Below, one piece after another: positions 12,765 through 24,104 of a DNA stretch of 64,000 nucleotides. Numbering within the stretch: position 1 is the stretch's first letter; each line of letters opens with the position of its first letter. The notes under the pieces were generated by a model. It was not told the DNA's origin. It did no database searches and saw only the letters and a program-made list of their open reading frames with translations. A program made the translations under genes and the position numbers. Source of the stretch: Chiloscyllium plagiosum (Eukaryota); NCBI RefSeq assembly GCF_004010195.1, contig NC_057718.1, positions 90,811,353 to 90,875,352 on the forward strand, read 5' to 3'.

Positions 12765-13042
12765 GCAAAATACTGCAGATGTTGGAAATCTAAAACACAC
12801 AGAGATTGCTGGAGGCGCTCAGCAGGTCTGGCAGCAAGTGTGGAGAGAGAAACAGCGTTAACACTTCCAATCTGCTCAGAACCTGATGCTAGAGACAAAT
12901 AAATTGCAGGTGCTGGAATCCAAAGTAGACAGGCAGGAAGCTGGAAGAATACAGCAAGCCAGGCAGCACCGGGGGGGGGGTGGAGAAGTCGGAATTTCGG
13001 GTGTAACCCTTCCCCAGGCCTGCTGAGTTTCTCCAACAATTT
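12765..13042. mobile_element. Degraded PLE pLTR-like fragments
   Basis: actgcagatg.tggaaatc..ctcagcaggtctggcagc, similar to the arms at 36737-36987. Related fragments at about 22090-22170 and 59190-59305. Confidence 0.5.
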
Positions 13043-13779
13043 CAATGCCTGGTTTACTGCCTTCCAGAGTGACTGTGGAGAAACTTATTTTCAATATGGA
13101 GAATGTTCCCTGGTCTCAATCATTATTCATTTCCTCTGACACCAGGCACAGAGCTACAAGCAATCGGAAATTGAGTGGGGCGTGTGACACAATTTCAATG
13201 GTTTACGGCTGTTACAGTGTCCGAAATCGTACCAATTCCGAGGGAAAAAACCAATCACTTCAGGATTGGTTGCGACCTCACCTTACATCTGCTGCCTGTC
13301 ACTGCTCACACCCACTCCAGTAATTTCCAAGAAGATTCCTGTTAAATTCCGACAACTGAAAAGTGCAACACAAGTCATTAATGTTATATGAACACAGGGG
13401 CTCTTAGATATGGGCATCCAATTCTGGTCTTTTTAGCAACAGCTCCATATCAAGAATAAAAAAGTCCTGTCAGTCTGCAGTTTACATTACACCAAATCAA
13501 GGTCCCACTGCAATTTTCCGACATTTAGATACATGTCATAGTGTCTAAAACTATTTTTTGTCTAGAATTTTTTCAATTTATTAACACTGGTAGCTGGGTA
13601 GTTTCAGGGTTTCTCAATAAAGAGAATATTTAGGAAAGAACCCAAGATTGGGCGATAATTCTCTGGGAGGTCATTCAGGCTGCCCCTTGAAATCGAGACC
13701 CTGGGAATGCTGGCCAATCAGAGGCTAGCTGCTGTTATGCCCAGCATTGCCAATGAGAAGGCTGTGACTGCTTTCAGAG

Positions 13780-14462
13780 GAACACACACACACACACAGA
13801 AATACAGAGACACACACACAAATACAGAGACGTACAGAAATACGGAGACACACAGACACAAATACAGAAACATACACAGAGAGAGAGACACGCACAGAAA
13901 TACAGAGACATACAGACCCATACACACAAATACAGAGACACATGCACACATAGACACACATAGAAATGCAGAGACACACGCATAGAAATGCGGAGATATA
14001 CACAGAAATACAGAGACACACACACAGANNNNNNNNNNNNNNNNNNNNNNNNNNNNNNNNNNNNNNNNNNNNNNNNNNNNNNNNNNNNNNNNNNNNNNNN
14101 NNNNNNNNNNNNNNNNNNNNNNNNNNNNNNNNNNNNNNNNNNNNNNNNNNNNNNNNNNNACAAAAATACAGAGACACACACAGAAATACAGACCCACGCA
14201 CAGAAATACAGAGACACACAGAAATACAGAGAGACACGCACAGAAATACAGAGATACACAGACAGAAACACATTTAGACACACACACGCACACACACATG
14301 CAGAAATACAGAGACACACACAGAAGCACAGACACACACACAAACACCAAGATTAATACATAAACACACACATGGAAACACAGACACACAAGCTACACAT
14401 GGAAACAGGCACACAAAATACACTTGGAAACGCAGACAGGCACACACATGCAGAAACACAGA
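13780..14462. repeat. CA-rich degenerate micro/minisatellite (cacagaaatacagagaca) spanning an N gap
   Basis: Seen directly; gap at 14029-14159. Confidence 0.95.
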
Positions 14463-14481
14463 TGTATGGAAGCACGGTACG

Positions 14482-14817
14482 GTGGCACAGTGGGCGGCAC
14501 GGTGGCGCAGTGGTTAGCACTGCTGCCTCACAGCGCCAGAGACCCAGGTTCAATTCTCTGCCTCAGGCAAATGTCTGTGTGGAGTTTGCACATTCTCCCT
14601 GTGTCTGCGTGGGTTTACTCCGGGTGCCCCGGTTTCCTCCCACAATCCAAAAATGTACACGTTAGGTGGATTGGCCATGCTAAATTGCCTGTAGTATTAG
14701 GTGAAGGGGTAAATGTAGAGGAATGGATCTGGGTGGGTTGCTCTTCGGAGGGTCAGTGTGGACTTGTTGGGCCGAAGGGCCTGTTTCCACACTGTAAGTA
14801 ATCTAATCTAATCTAAT
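14482..14817 (+). mobile_element. HE1-like V-SINE, full length
   Basis: A-box TGGCGCAGTGG, B-box GGTTCAATTC, V domain and (TAATC)n tail. Confidence 0.93.
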
Positions 14818-15382
14818 CATAGACAGGCACACATGTACACACACAAGCGTGCAGACACACACACAGGATAGACATGATGTGCACACACATACATATACCC
14901 CCAACCTCCAGAGGCTAAGCATCATGGTAGTCCTAGACTGCTATTAAATAATGAGAGGGGTTTCAGAGATGGGTTTCATGGAGTGGGAGTTGCATGGAGA
15001 CTTGGTTCAGGAGCGAGGGCTAGAGGTAACTTTCACCAACCCCAACTTCCCAATGTCTGCCACTGGTCACCTTCATTTGAGAGGCCTCCCTCTGCAACCA
15101 TCCTCTCTTTCCCACCAGCTCTGATGTTCTTCAGCCTGGCTAGTTACACTTTTCATGTTGCCTTCTGCTTCATATTATCAGTCAAACATAGGAAATGCAA
15201 TGTAACATCAATTGTATAATTTATCGTTGAGAGTTGGTTAGCTCAGTTGGCTGGATGGCTGGTTTGTGATGCCGATGGTTGAGTTCCTGCACTGACAGGG
15301 GTTACCATGAAGACCCCACATTCTCAGCCGTACCCCTGACTTGAGGCACGGTGACCCTCACATTCAACTCTGATGAGAGTCA

Positions 15383-15943
15383 TGATGTGGAGGAGCTGGT
15401 GTTGGACTGGGGTGGACAAAGTTAACAATCCCACAACACCAGGTTATAGTCCAACAGGTTTAATTGGAAGCAGTAGCTTTCGGAGCGTCGCTCCTTCATC
15501 AGGTGGTTGTGGAGAGTAACATTGGAAGACACAGAATTCATAGCAAAAGTTTACAGTGTGATGTAACTGAAATTATATATTGAAAAATACCTGGGTTGTT
15601 TGTTAAGTCTCTCATCTTTTTAGAATGACCATGTTGGTTTCAGTTCTTTCATATGTAAATTGCAAAACTTTTTTTAAAAGGTTACATTCTCAAGTTTGCA
15701 ATTTAAATATGAAAGAACTGAAACCAACATGATCATTCTAAAAAGATAAGAGACTTAACAAACAACCTAGGTCATTTTCAATATATAATTTCAGTTACAT
15801 CACACTGTAAACTTTTGCTATGAATTCTGCGTATTACAATCTTATTCTCCACAACCACCTGATGAAGGAGCAGCGCTCCGAAAGCTAGTGCTTCCAAATA
15901 AACCTGTTGGACTATAACCTGGTGTTGTGTGATTTTTAACTTT
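15383..15943. mobile_element. Fold-back Penelope-like insertion, family B, arms of about 250-270 bp
   Basis: About 15418-15685 is the reverse complement of about 15695-15943. Each arm has a hammerhead core. Confidence 0.8.
15853..15893 (+). ncRNA. Minimal hammerhead ribozyme motif, family B (CUA cleavage triplet)
   Basis: aaccac-CTGATGA-A-GGAGC-agc-GCTCC-GAAA-G-CTA-gtgctt. Stem I pairs at 5 of 6 positions and stem III is the palindrome AGCT. Minus-strand twin at about 15471-15508. Confidence 0.75.
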
Positions 15944-16212
15944 CCAATGACAGAGTAAGACTGCACTGATTTTACCTTCAATCCAACTTTAGGTGTAACT
16001 CACAGACATAACAACGAGTGTGTTTAGGGTTTCTCCATTTAAGAAGGTGTTACGTGTAATCTTACAGGCAATTCTGTTCAAGAACATGAGTGCCATGTTA
16101 CTCAGCAAACCACCTTGTGTTATCCCAGTTCAGGGAGCCATTGCTTACAGTGTTGAGATTTGACTTGTTTGGATAGTAAGTAACATGTTCTCTCTGCTGT
16201 ATCTACTGACAG

Positions 16213-16287
16213 GTGGTGCCATTGACGTGGTGGTCATTGATCAGAGATTCCACTTACTACACCTTATCGGTGATGGCGCTCATTTTG
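16213..16287 (+). CDS. SLC24A3: SLC24A3/NCKX3 internal coding exon (75 nt), VVPLTWWSLIRDSTYYTLSVMALIL
   Basis: ctgacAG acceptor and GTaaga donor, phase 0/0. Translation matches the recalled NCKX3 segment following the alpha-1 repeat (..W.L.RDS.YYTLSV.ALI). Confidence 0.93.
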
Positions 16288-16484
16288 GTAAGAATATCAT
16301 CGGGTTTTGTCTCAAAAGGTGGGAAAAGTGTCGGGAGATGCTTCCGAGCGTTGGGAGGGTAGTGGGATATAACCAGGTGAGAAGGGGCTGTCCTGTCTCC
16401 AGTCTCCTGGATCAATAACTACAGATCTTTAAGCACTCAGCATGGGGCTGTATCTCTCTTCAATTAACCATGTACATTAACTGG

Positions 16485-17240
16485 TTGATTTGATTTGATT
16501 TATTGTAGTGACATGTACCGAAGTGCAGTGACAAGTTTTGTTTTGCGAACTGTGCGAGCAGCAACAAAGAGCATAGGGTGCTCAGACAGAGTGAGGTACA
16601 CAAGGTTCCATCTGCACAGGAAGCACATAAAGGAAGTTCGACATTTGATTTGAAGTTAGGGAGGTTCAATCAGCAGTCTAATAACGGCAGGGAAGAAGCA
16701 GGTCTTGAACCTGTTGGTGCGTGTGTTCAGACTTTAGTATCTTCTGGAAAAGCACAGCAGGTCAGGCAGCATCTGAGGAGCAGGAGAATGGACATCTCAG
16801 GTATCAGTCCGAGGATGAAGGGCTTATGCCCGAAACGTCGACTCTACAGCTCCTTGGATGCTGCCTGACCGGCTGTGCTTTTCCAGCACCACACTCCCGA
16901 CTCTGATCTCCAGCATCTGCAGTCCTCACTTTCTCCTTCTGTATCTTCTGCCTGATGGAAGACGTTGTGGGAGAGCATTACCAGGGTGGGAGGGGTCTTT
17001 GATGATGTCGGCAGCCCTTCTGCGGTAGCGAGACTTGTAGATGGAGACCATGGATAGGAGGTTGGCTTGCGAGATGGTCTGGGCTGTGTACACAACCTTC
17101 TGCAGTTTCTTCTGGTCCTGGGCAAAGCAGTTGCCATATCAAGCCATTATGTACCCAGAAAGGATGTTTTCTATGGTGCATCTGTCCAAGTTAGCAAGAG
17201 TGCTTATGGGCATGTCGAATTTCCTCAGCCTCCTCAGGGA
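16485..17240 (-). mobile_element. Rex1/Babar-like LINE 3' fragment interrupted by a PLE insertion
   Basis: Minus strand reads LRRLRKFDM..CTIENILSG..AWYGNC..IIKDPSHPG, with a (gattt)n tail at about 16487-16502. Confidence 0.7.
16747..16938. mobile_element. Fold-back Penelope-like pLTR insertion, family A
   Basis: Inverted arms with gatgaagggcttatgcccgaaacgtcga. GTATCTTCTG duplicated at 16737-16746 and 16941-16950. Confidence 0.8.
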
Positions 17241-18330
17241 GTGGGGAATAACCCGTCTCATTCCTGACTTGTTCCTTATAGATGAGGGACAGGCTTTGAG
17301 GAGTCAGGAGGTGAGTTACCTGCTGCAGGGTTCCCAGCCTCTGACCTGCTCTTATGGCCATTATAATATTATGGCTAGGCTTGATCAGTTTCAGGTTGAT
17401 GGTAACCCGCAGGGAGTTGACTGTGTGGGATTCAGTGATGGTAATGCCTTTAAATTGTCAAGGTGCAGTAGTTTGATTCTTTCTTGCTGGAGATGGTGAT
17501 TACCTGGCATTTATTGACATGAATATTACATGTCACTTGTCAGCACAAGCCTCACAGTGGCTCAGTGGTTAGCACTGCTGCTTCACAGCGCCAGGGACCT
17601 GGGTTCGATTCCCACCTCGGGTGACTGTGTGGAGTTTGCACATTCTCCCCGTGTCTGCGTGGGTTTCCTCCAGGTGCTCCGGTTTCCTCCCACAGTCCAA
17701 CGATGCGCAGGTTAGTTGGATTGGCCAGGCTAAATTGCCCACAGTGTTCAGGGAAATGTAGATTTGGCGAGGGGGTAATGGGTCTGGGTGGGATGCTCTT
17801 TGGAGGGTCAGTGTGGACTTGTTGGGCCAAATGGCCTGTTTCCACACTGTACGATCTAAGCCTGGCTATTGTCCTGATCTTATTGTATTGAACATGGACT
17901 GCTTCAGTGTCTGAGGAGTCGTGAATGGTGCTGAACATTGTGCGATCGTTGATGAACATCCCCATTTTTGACCTCATGATCGAAGGAAGGTCATTGATGA
18001 AAGCAGCTGAAGATAGTTGGGCCTAGGGAGTTATTCTGAGGAACTTCTGCAGAGATACCCTGGAGCTGAGATGACTGACCTCCAACAACCACATCCATCT
18101 TCCAAAGTGCCAGGTATGACTCCAACCCCAACCAGTGAAGACTTTGCCCTTGATGCCCATCAATTCCAGTTTCCCTCAGGCCCTTCATGCCACACTTGAT
18201 GTCAAGGGCTGTCATTCTCACCTCACTCTCACTCTGCAATTCATCTCTTTTGACCAAAGCTGAGACTGGCAGCTGAGTGATCATGGTGGAACCCAAACTG
18301 GGAATCACTGGGTAGATTATTGCTCTGCTT
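17240..18330 (-). mobile_element. Degenerate CR1/L2-clade LINE RT fragment interrupted by a V-SINE
   Basis: Minus-strand ALDIK...WLGLESYL...VVVGGQSS...SAEVPQ..LGPTIFSCF, which is RT-like. Confidence 0.75.
17553..17853 (+). mobile_element. HE1-like V-SINE
   Basis: A/B boxes and V domain. Confidence 0.92.
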
Positions 18331-19100
18331 GACAAAGCGGCCCACTTGGTTGGCATCACATCCTAGTGACCTAGGCCCAACCATCCATTCAGCACCCACT
18401 GCCTCCACTACTGACACTCAGTAGCAGCAGTGTGTACCATCTACAAGATGCACTCCAGAAATCGACCGCAGCTCCTCAGACAGCACCTTCCAAACCCACA
18501 ACCACTTCCGCCTGGAAGGGCAAGGGCAGCAGATCCATGGGAACGCCACCACCATTGGACGGCACGGTGGCACAGTGGTTAGCACTGGTTCAATTCCCGC
18601 CTCAGGCGACTGACTGTGTGGAGTTTGCACATTCTCCCCGTGTCTGCGTGGGTTTCCTCCGGGTGCTCCAGTTTCCTCCCACAGTCCAAAAATGTGCAGG
18701 TTAGGTGAATTGACCATGCTAAATTGCCCGTAATGTTAGGTGAAGGGGTAAATGTAGGGGAATGGGTCTGGGTGGGTTGCTCTTCGGAGGGTTGGTGTGG
18801 ACTTGTTGGGCCAAAGGGCCTGTTTCCACACTGTAAGTAATCTAATCTAATCTAATCTAATCTGCGGGTTCCCCTCCACATCACTTACCATCCTGACTTG
18901 GAAATATCTCACCGTTCCTTGACTGTCGCTGGGTTGAAATCCTGGAGTTCCCTCCCTCAGGACATTGTGGGTCCACCTACAGCATGTGAACTGCAGCGGT
19001 TCAAGAAGACAGCTCACCACCACCTTCTCAAGGGGCAACTAGGGACGGGCAATAAATGCTGGGCCCAGTCGGCGATGCCCACATCCCACAAGTGAATAAA
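18325..19100 (+). mobile_element. CR1/L2-clade LINE 3' end with a nested V-SINE (18558-18862)
   Basis: Ends caccaccttctcaaggggcaactagggacgggcaataaatgctgg..cccacatccc; same family as 22200-22770. Confidence 0.75.
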
Positions 19101-20381
19101 TAATGCGAGTGCCAGGATAATGGTAGACAAACTAGATAAACCTCTTTTACCCAGCAATTACCCAGCCAGTTCGTATTATCTGTTGTAAAGATTGACAGAG
19201 AATTTTACAACACGAATGCTTGACCAATAGGGCAAGTTTTGAGGAATGTCTGAAATGAGGAAAGTGATGCGGAGACAGTGAGATTGAAGAAGGTAATTCC
19301 AGAGCTCAGGAGCTGGGCAGCTGAAGGCAAGACAACCAATGCTGGAGTAATTCACGTGAGGGATATCTATGAAGTCAGAACTGGGACGAGGGTTGTGGGA
19401 CTGGAGGAGGCTACAAGGGGTAGGAAGGGAATGGAGGCCTGAGAGGAAAGCAGCTGCAGCCAATTTGGCACCCAGTGTTGGTGAGCAAGCACAGAGGGGA
19501 ATGTGTGAATGGGACTTCACTTGTGTTATGATACAGACGGCAGCATTTCCAACTGCAGTGTTATATTGGGAGGGCCTCAGCTGGAAGTCAGGCATGAAGG
19601 CCGCAAGGCTGTGGCTGAAGGTTTTGGCAGCAGATCAGCTCAGACAGCGTTAGGGAAGTAAGGGACTCGGAAACTTTGATTTCACAATCTTCTATAGCAC
19701 CTGCCAAACCCGTTGAAAGACCTACAAAAGCACAGGAGCTGAAGGGGTTAAAAGCTCAAATTTGTTGACTGCACCCTGGAGTTTGAGTGCCATCTGGTGG
19801 TTATTCTCCATGTCTGCAAGATTGTTATGTTGTTGCTGGAAATTGGGGGCTCATTCATTGTGTTAGTTTTCAATCTTGACTGCACTATTGCAGATCAGTC
19901 TCGACACAGGAATGATTGACAGTTCCTCAGCTGATCTATAACGGTGAACATGCTGCATTTTAATCATGCCTTCCACACTGAAGAATAGAATATGCAACGA
20001 ACTGACATAAAGAAAACATTGCGTATTGATGTCTTTACTCAGAAAAAGGTCCAGTTTTCCGTGAGGAAGTGAAAATCATGCGCTCTTAAACGCTTTCAAC
20101 TGAAAATATATTTGAGGTCCTCATAAAAGTACTCAAGTACAGCAGGAGGCCATTTCAGTCCCTCTGGGCTCTGAGCTACACCAATGACTTAGATTATAAC
20201 TGATCCACACATCAATGCCATTTACTCTGCTTTGCTCCATATCTCTTGATATTGTCAGTTACCCGAAATTCTGTTGATAGCCCAGCCTGTCCCTCAAGAT
20301 ACAAAGCCTTTTGTGGGAGAGAATTCTGAATTTCCACTGTCCATTTGTGTGAATATGTGCTTCCTAGGCTTACCCTTGAAT

Positions 20382-21107
20382 GAGCTGAAAATGTGTTGCT
20401 GGAAAAGCGCAGCAGGTCAGGCAGCATCCAGGGAACAGGAGAATCGACGTTTCGGGCATAAGCCCTTCTTCAGGAAGCTTACTGTCTTTAATTTCCGATA
20501 TGGCTAGGAAGAACTGTTTGTTTAGTTTATGGATCCTTCTGTGGATGAAGAACAGTAGAGGTCCTTTGCAGGTCTGTGAGAGTGTTGTCCTGAGCTGGGG
20601 TAGATCGAGTTGCAGGGAATGTAGGGAGCGACGCATGGCTGCAAGCGTGGAGCGAAGGATCCGGAGGGACGTCTGTTGCTGGAGGCTTCGGATTTGTTGT
20701 AGGTACTGGTTGTCCTGGTTGGGTCCAAGTTTGGTTGGTCGGAACATAATCCGGAGTCCGTGTGGGATAAGTCGGTTCCGTAGGCAGGTGCTGAGGAAGG
20801 AGATATGGCTGTGGTAGCGAGTCTGTTTGAGAATGTGGCTGAAGAGCTTCTGTGCAGAGGAGATGACCTGGGGGGTGCAGTGAGAGAGGGACTCACTGAA
20901 ATCTTTGTAGAGGGAGGAAGAGAGCTTCTTCAAGGAAGGCATCCTTGTAAGAGGATTCGCAGTAGGTTGAAGTCTTTGAGGAGAAAGTGAGGACTGCAGA
21001 TGCTGGCGATCAGAGATGGAAATGTGTTGCTGGAAAAGCACAGCAGGTCAGGCAGCATCCAGGGAACAGGAGAATCGATGTTTCGGGCATAAGCCCTTCT
21101 TCAGGAA
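20382..21107 (-). mobile_element. Penelope-like element 5' region: pLTR, ORF N-terminus, second pLTR in direct repeat
   Basis: Direct repeats 631 bp apart, each with ctgaaga-agggc-ttat-gccc-gaaac. Open frame from the ATG at 20942 contains TRYHSHISFLSTCLRNRLIPHGL, a PLE N-terminal H..FL..C....LIP.GL-type motif. Confidence 0.8.
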
Positions 21108-21927
21108 TGACCTCGCGTCAGAATTAAGCAGTATTTTCCTAATTCTTGATATCCCCAGTCAGAAGAAGTAGTAGTTTTTTTTTAAGGTATAAAATCATGT
21201 TCTATACCCCTCAATGTTCATGTGGTCAAGAAAATAGAAGCCATATTTGCGTAACTGTGTCCTTGACAGCTAATCCTCTGAACCCTGGTATAGTCCTTCA
21301 CTTTTTTAACGTTCCATAGTGTAGATGCTACTAAATGTGTGCCATTTAATTCTTTTGTCTGTATCTAAGAACGTGAGAAGTGGGAAATGGTGTAAGCCAA
21401 CAACCTCTTAAGTCTGCTCCAATACAATATGGCTGACCTCCAGCCTCAACACATTTCTGTCCACTGTTCATATCCCATGAGTCCATGGGAAACCAAATAG
21501 CAAGTATCTTAATCTTGAATATGTTCTATCATGGAGCATCCACGGACATAGAACACCAAAGATTCACATTCCCACTGAATGAAGAAATCTTCCCTCATCT
21601 CGATCCTTGATGATTGACCTGCTTATCCTGAGCCTGTGCCTCTGTGTTCCAGATTCCGCAATAGTTGCCCTAACCTCTCAGTGTCTTGCTTAGCCTTCAG
21701 AACCTTCTCCATTTCAATCAGAGCACCTCGAATTCTTCTAAATTCCAGTGAGCTCCGGCCCAGTTTGCTCAGCTTCTCAGCATTGGGCAAGCCCAACTGT
21801 GTCAGGAGCCAAGGTAATGAACCTTCAGTGCCCCATCTCCACAGTATGTAAATCCTTCAATAGATACAAAGATCAAAACTGCACTCCAAGTGCAAGAACT
21901 CCTTGTATCTGTCCACTTGCAGTAAAG

Positions 21928-22055
21928 GCGAAAGTGAGAACTGCAGATGCTGGAGATTAGAGTCGAGAGAATGGTCCTGGAAAAGCACAGCAGGTCAGGC
22001 AGCATCTGAGGAGCAGGAAAATCGACGTTTTGGGCAAAAGCCCTTCATCAGGAAT
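21928..22055 (-). mobile_element. Single family A PLE pLTR
   Basis: Reverse complement reads cctgatgaagggcttttgcccaaaacgtcga; GAAA is mutated to AAAA. Confidence 0.75.
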
Positions 22056-22199
22056 GAAGTCAAGACCAATTTGGTGTTTGCCCTCAAATAAAATCAAAAC
22101 ATGATGGATGCTGGAAATCTGAAATAAACACAGGAAGTGCTGGAGAAAACCAGGTCTAGCAGCACCTAGAAAAGACACATATTGGTCGACAGTGCATAA

Positions 22200-22772
22200 C
22201 TCACCTCCCCTCCAACTCCCCGCCACAAAGATATCCTGTCCACCATCTACAAGGCACAAGGCAGGAGTGTGATGGAACACTCCCCACTTGCCTGGAAAAG
22301 CACAGCAGGTCAGGCTGCATCACTCAAGAAGTTTGACACTGTCCAGGACAAAGCAGCCAGCTTAATTGGCACCATATCCACTCTCTCCACTACTGATGCT
22401 CAGTGTGTGTACTATCTACAAGATGCACTGCAAATATTTGCCAAAAATCCTCAGATAGCACCTTCCAGACCCACAACCTTGTCCATCTAGAAGGACAAAG
22501 GAGGCAGATACATGGGAACACCACCACCTTCAAGTTCCCCTCCAAGCCACTCACTATCCTGACGTAGAAACATATCACTGTTCCTTCAGTGTCGCTGGGT
22601 CAAAATCCTGGAATTCCCTCCCTAAGGGCATTGTGGGTCAATCTATGGCAGGTGGACTGCCACGGCTCAAGATGGCAGCTCACCACCACCTTCTCAAGGG
22701 CAACTAGGGACGGGCAATAAATGCTGAGCAACCAATGACACCCATGTCCCGTGTATGAATAAAAATGAATAA
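22200..22772 (+). mobile_element. CR1/L2-clade LINE 3' end
   Basis: tccaccatctacaaggcacaag..ggagtgtgatggaa (IYKAQ.RSVME) and the same 3' tail as 19000-19100. Confidence 0.8.
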
Positions 22773-22941
22773 ATGGACAAGTGAAGGATATAAATGATCA
22801 CTTTGAAATTCAAACTGCAGTGGTTAAACCAGAAAAACAATGAACAGAATAAGAGAAAATCAATTCCTATTAGTTGTGGAGCTAATTGCTACCACTTATT
22901 GATTTGACCCAGACTTTGTGGCTAGGTGTAATGAGTTTGGA

Positions 22942-23218
22942 ATCATAGAATCCCTACAGTGTGGAAACAAGACATTCAACCCATCTAGTCCATACCAACC
23001 TTCTGAAGAGCATCCCAGCCAGACCTTATCTCTATAATCCTGCATTTGTCATGGAGAATGCACTGAATCTGCCCATCTTTAGACAGTGGGAGGAAAGCAG
23101 AGGACCCCAGCACAGACATGGGGAGAATGTGCAAGCTCCAACAGACAGTTGCCTGAGGGTGGAATCGAACCCAGGTCCTTGGTGCTGTGAGGCAGCAGTG
23201 CTAACCACTGAACCATCC
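22942..23218 (-). mobile_element. HE1-like V-SINE
   Basis: Same consensus as the other copies. Confidence 0.85.
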
Positions 23219-23304
23219 TAAACGATTAGCTGATTGTGGAGAGACCACAGTCAGCATGAGCCCTTTGATCTGCTAAGGTCCAATATCCACAAAACAAACA
23301 TGGA

Positions 23305-23712
23305 GTTTGCATTTATATAGTGACTTTCCCATCCTCAGGCTCTCCCAGAGTATTTAATCATCAACGAAAACTGTTCTTTGCCTGCTAGGGAGCACGGTGC
23401 GATCCCACATGGTGCCTGGACCATCTGTTTAGCTGATGCTGTTTGAGAGATAAAGATGTGTTAGTATACCTGAGAGAACAGTCTTGCTCTTCAATAAAGC
23501 AGGACATGAGATCTTAATGAGAGGGTGAAGGGATCCTCAGTTTAATATCTTGGGTAAACTACAACAGTTCGGACACTGCAACCCTCTCTTAGGACCACAC
23601 TGAGTTATTCTGCCTGGCCTTTGAGCTGAACAGAGTGGAGTGGAATCAAACCCACAAATTTATGACGTTGAGGTGAAAGCATATCCCCCACAACCAAGGC
23701 TAACCACAGCAG
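23305..23712 (-). mobile_element. DeuSINE-like degenerate SINE
   Basis: ttgcatttatatag tail and gatcccaca core on the reverse strand. Confidence 0.5.
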
Positions 23713-24104
23713 AGGGACAGGCACTGTGCTTTGGCGGGGTGCTCTTGCACGCACACTCATCAGAGAATGACAACAGGTACATGACAAACCAATGCATTGA
23801 TGCGCCAGAAAAATGGCTGCTGTATTTTGACATGAATCTGCATTTACTAGCTGATGGTAAAGCTGATACACAACAGAATAGGATTCACTCACTCCCACAC
23901 TCCTTCTGCTGCCTGACTGTTGGGGTTATAAAATGCGCTGACCCCAGTATCGGCTGAAAGATAAAATCAAACCAAAGCAGCACACCGTGACTCACTGGTC
24001 ACATCATTTGTGGCCTCACTAGACACATGTTACGAATTACCATCCAAAGTTTCATGATGGTGATGTGAGTAAATAATGTAAGTGTCAGACCCACTCAGTT
24101 CATA

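Noticed and set aside
14482..14560. tRNA gene (also 7478-7550)
   Set aside because: A/B boxes continue into SINE body sequence and no convincing cloverleaf is seen.
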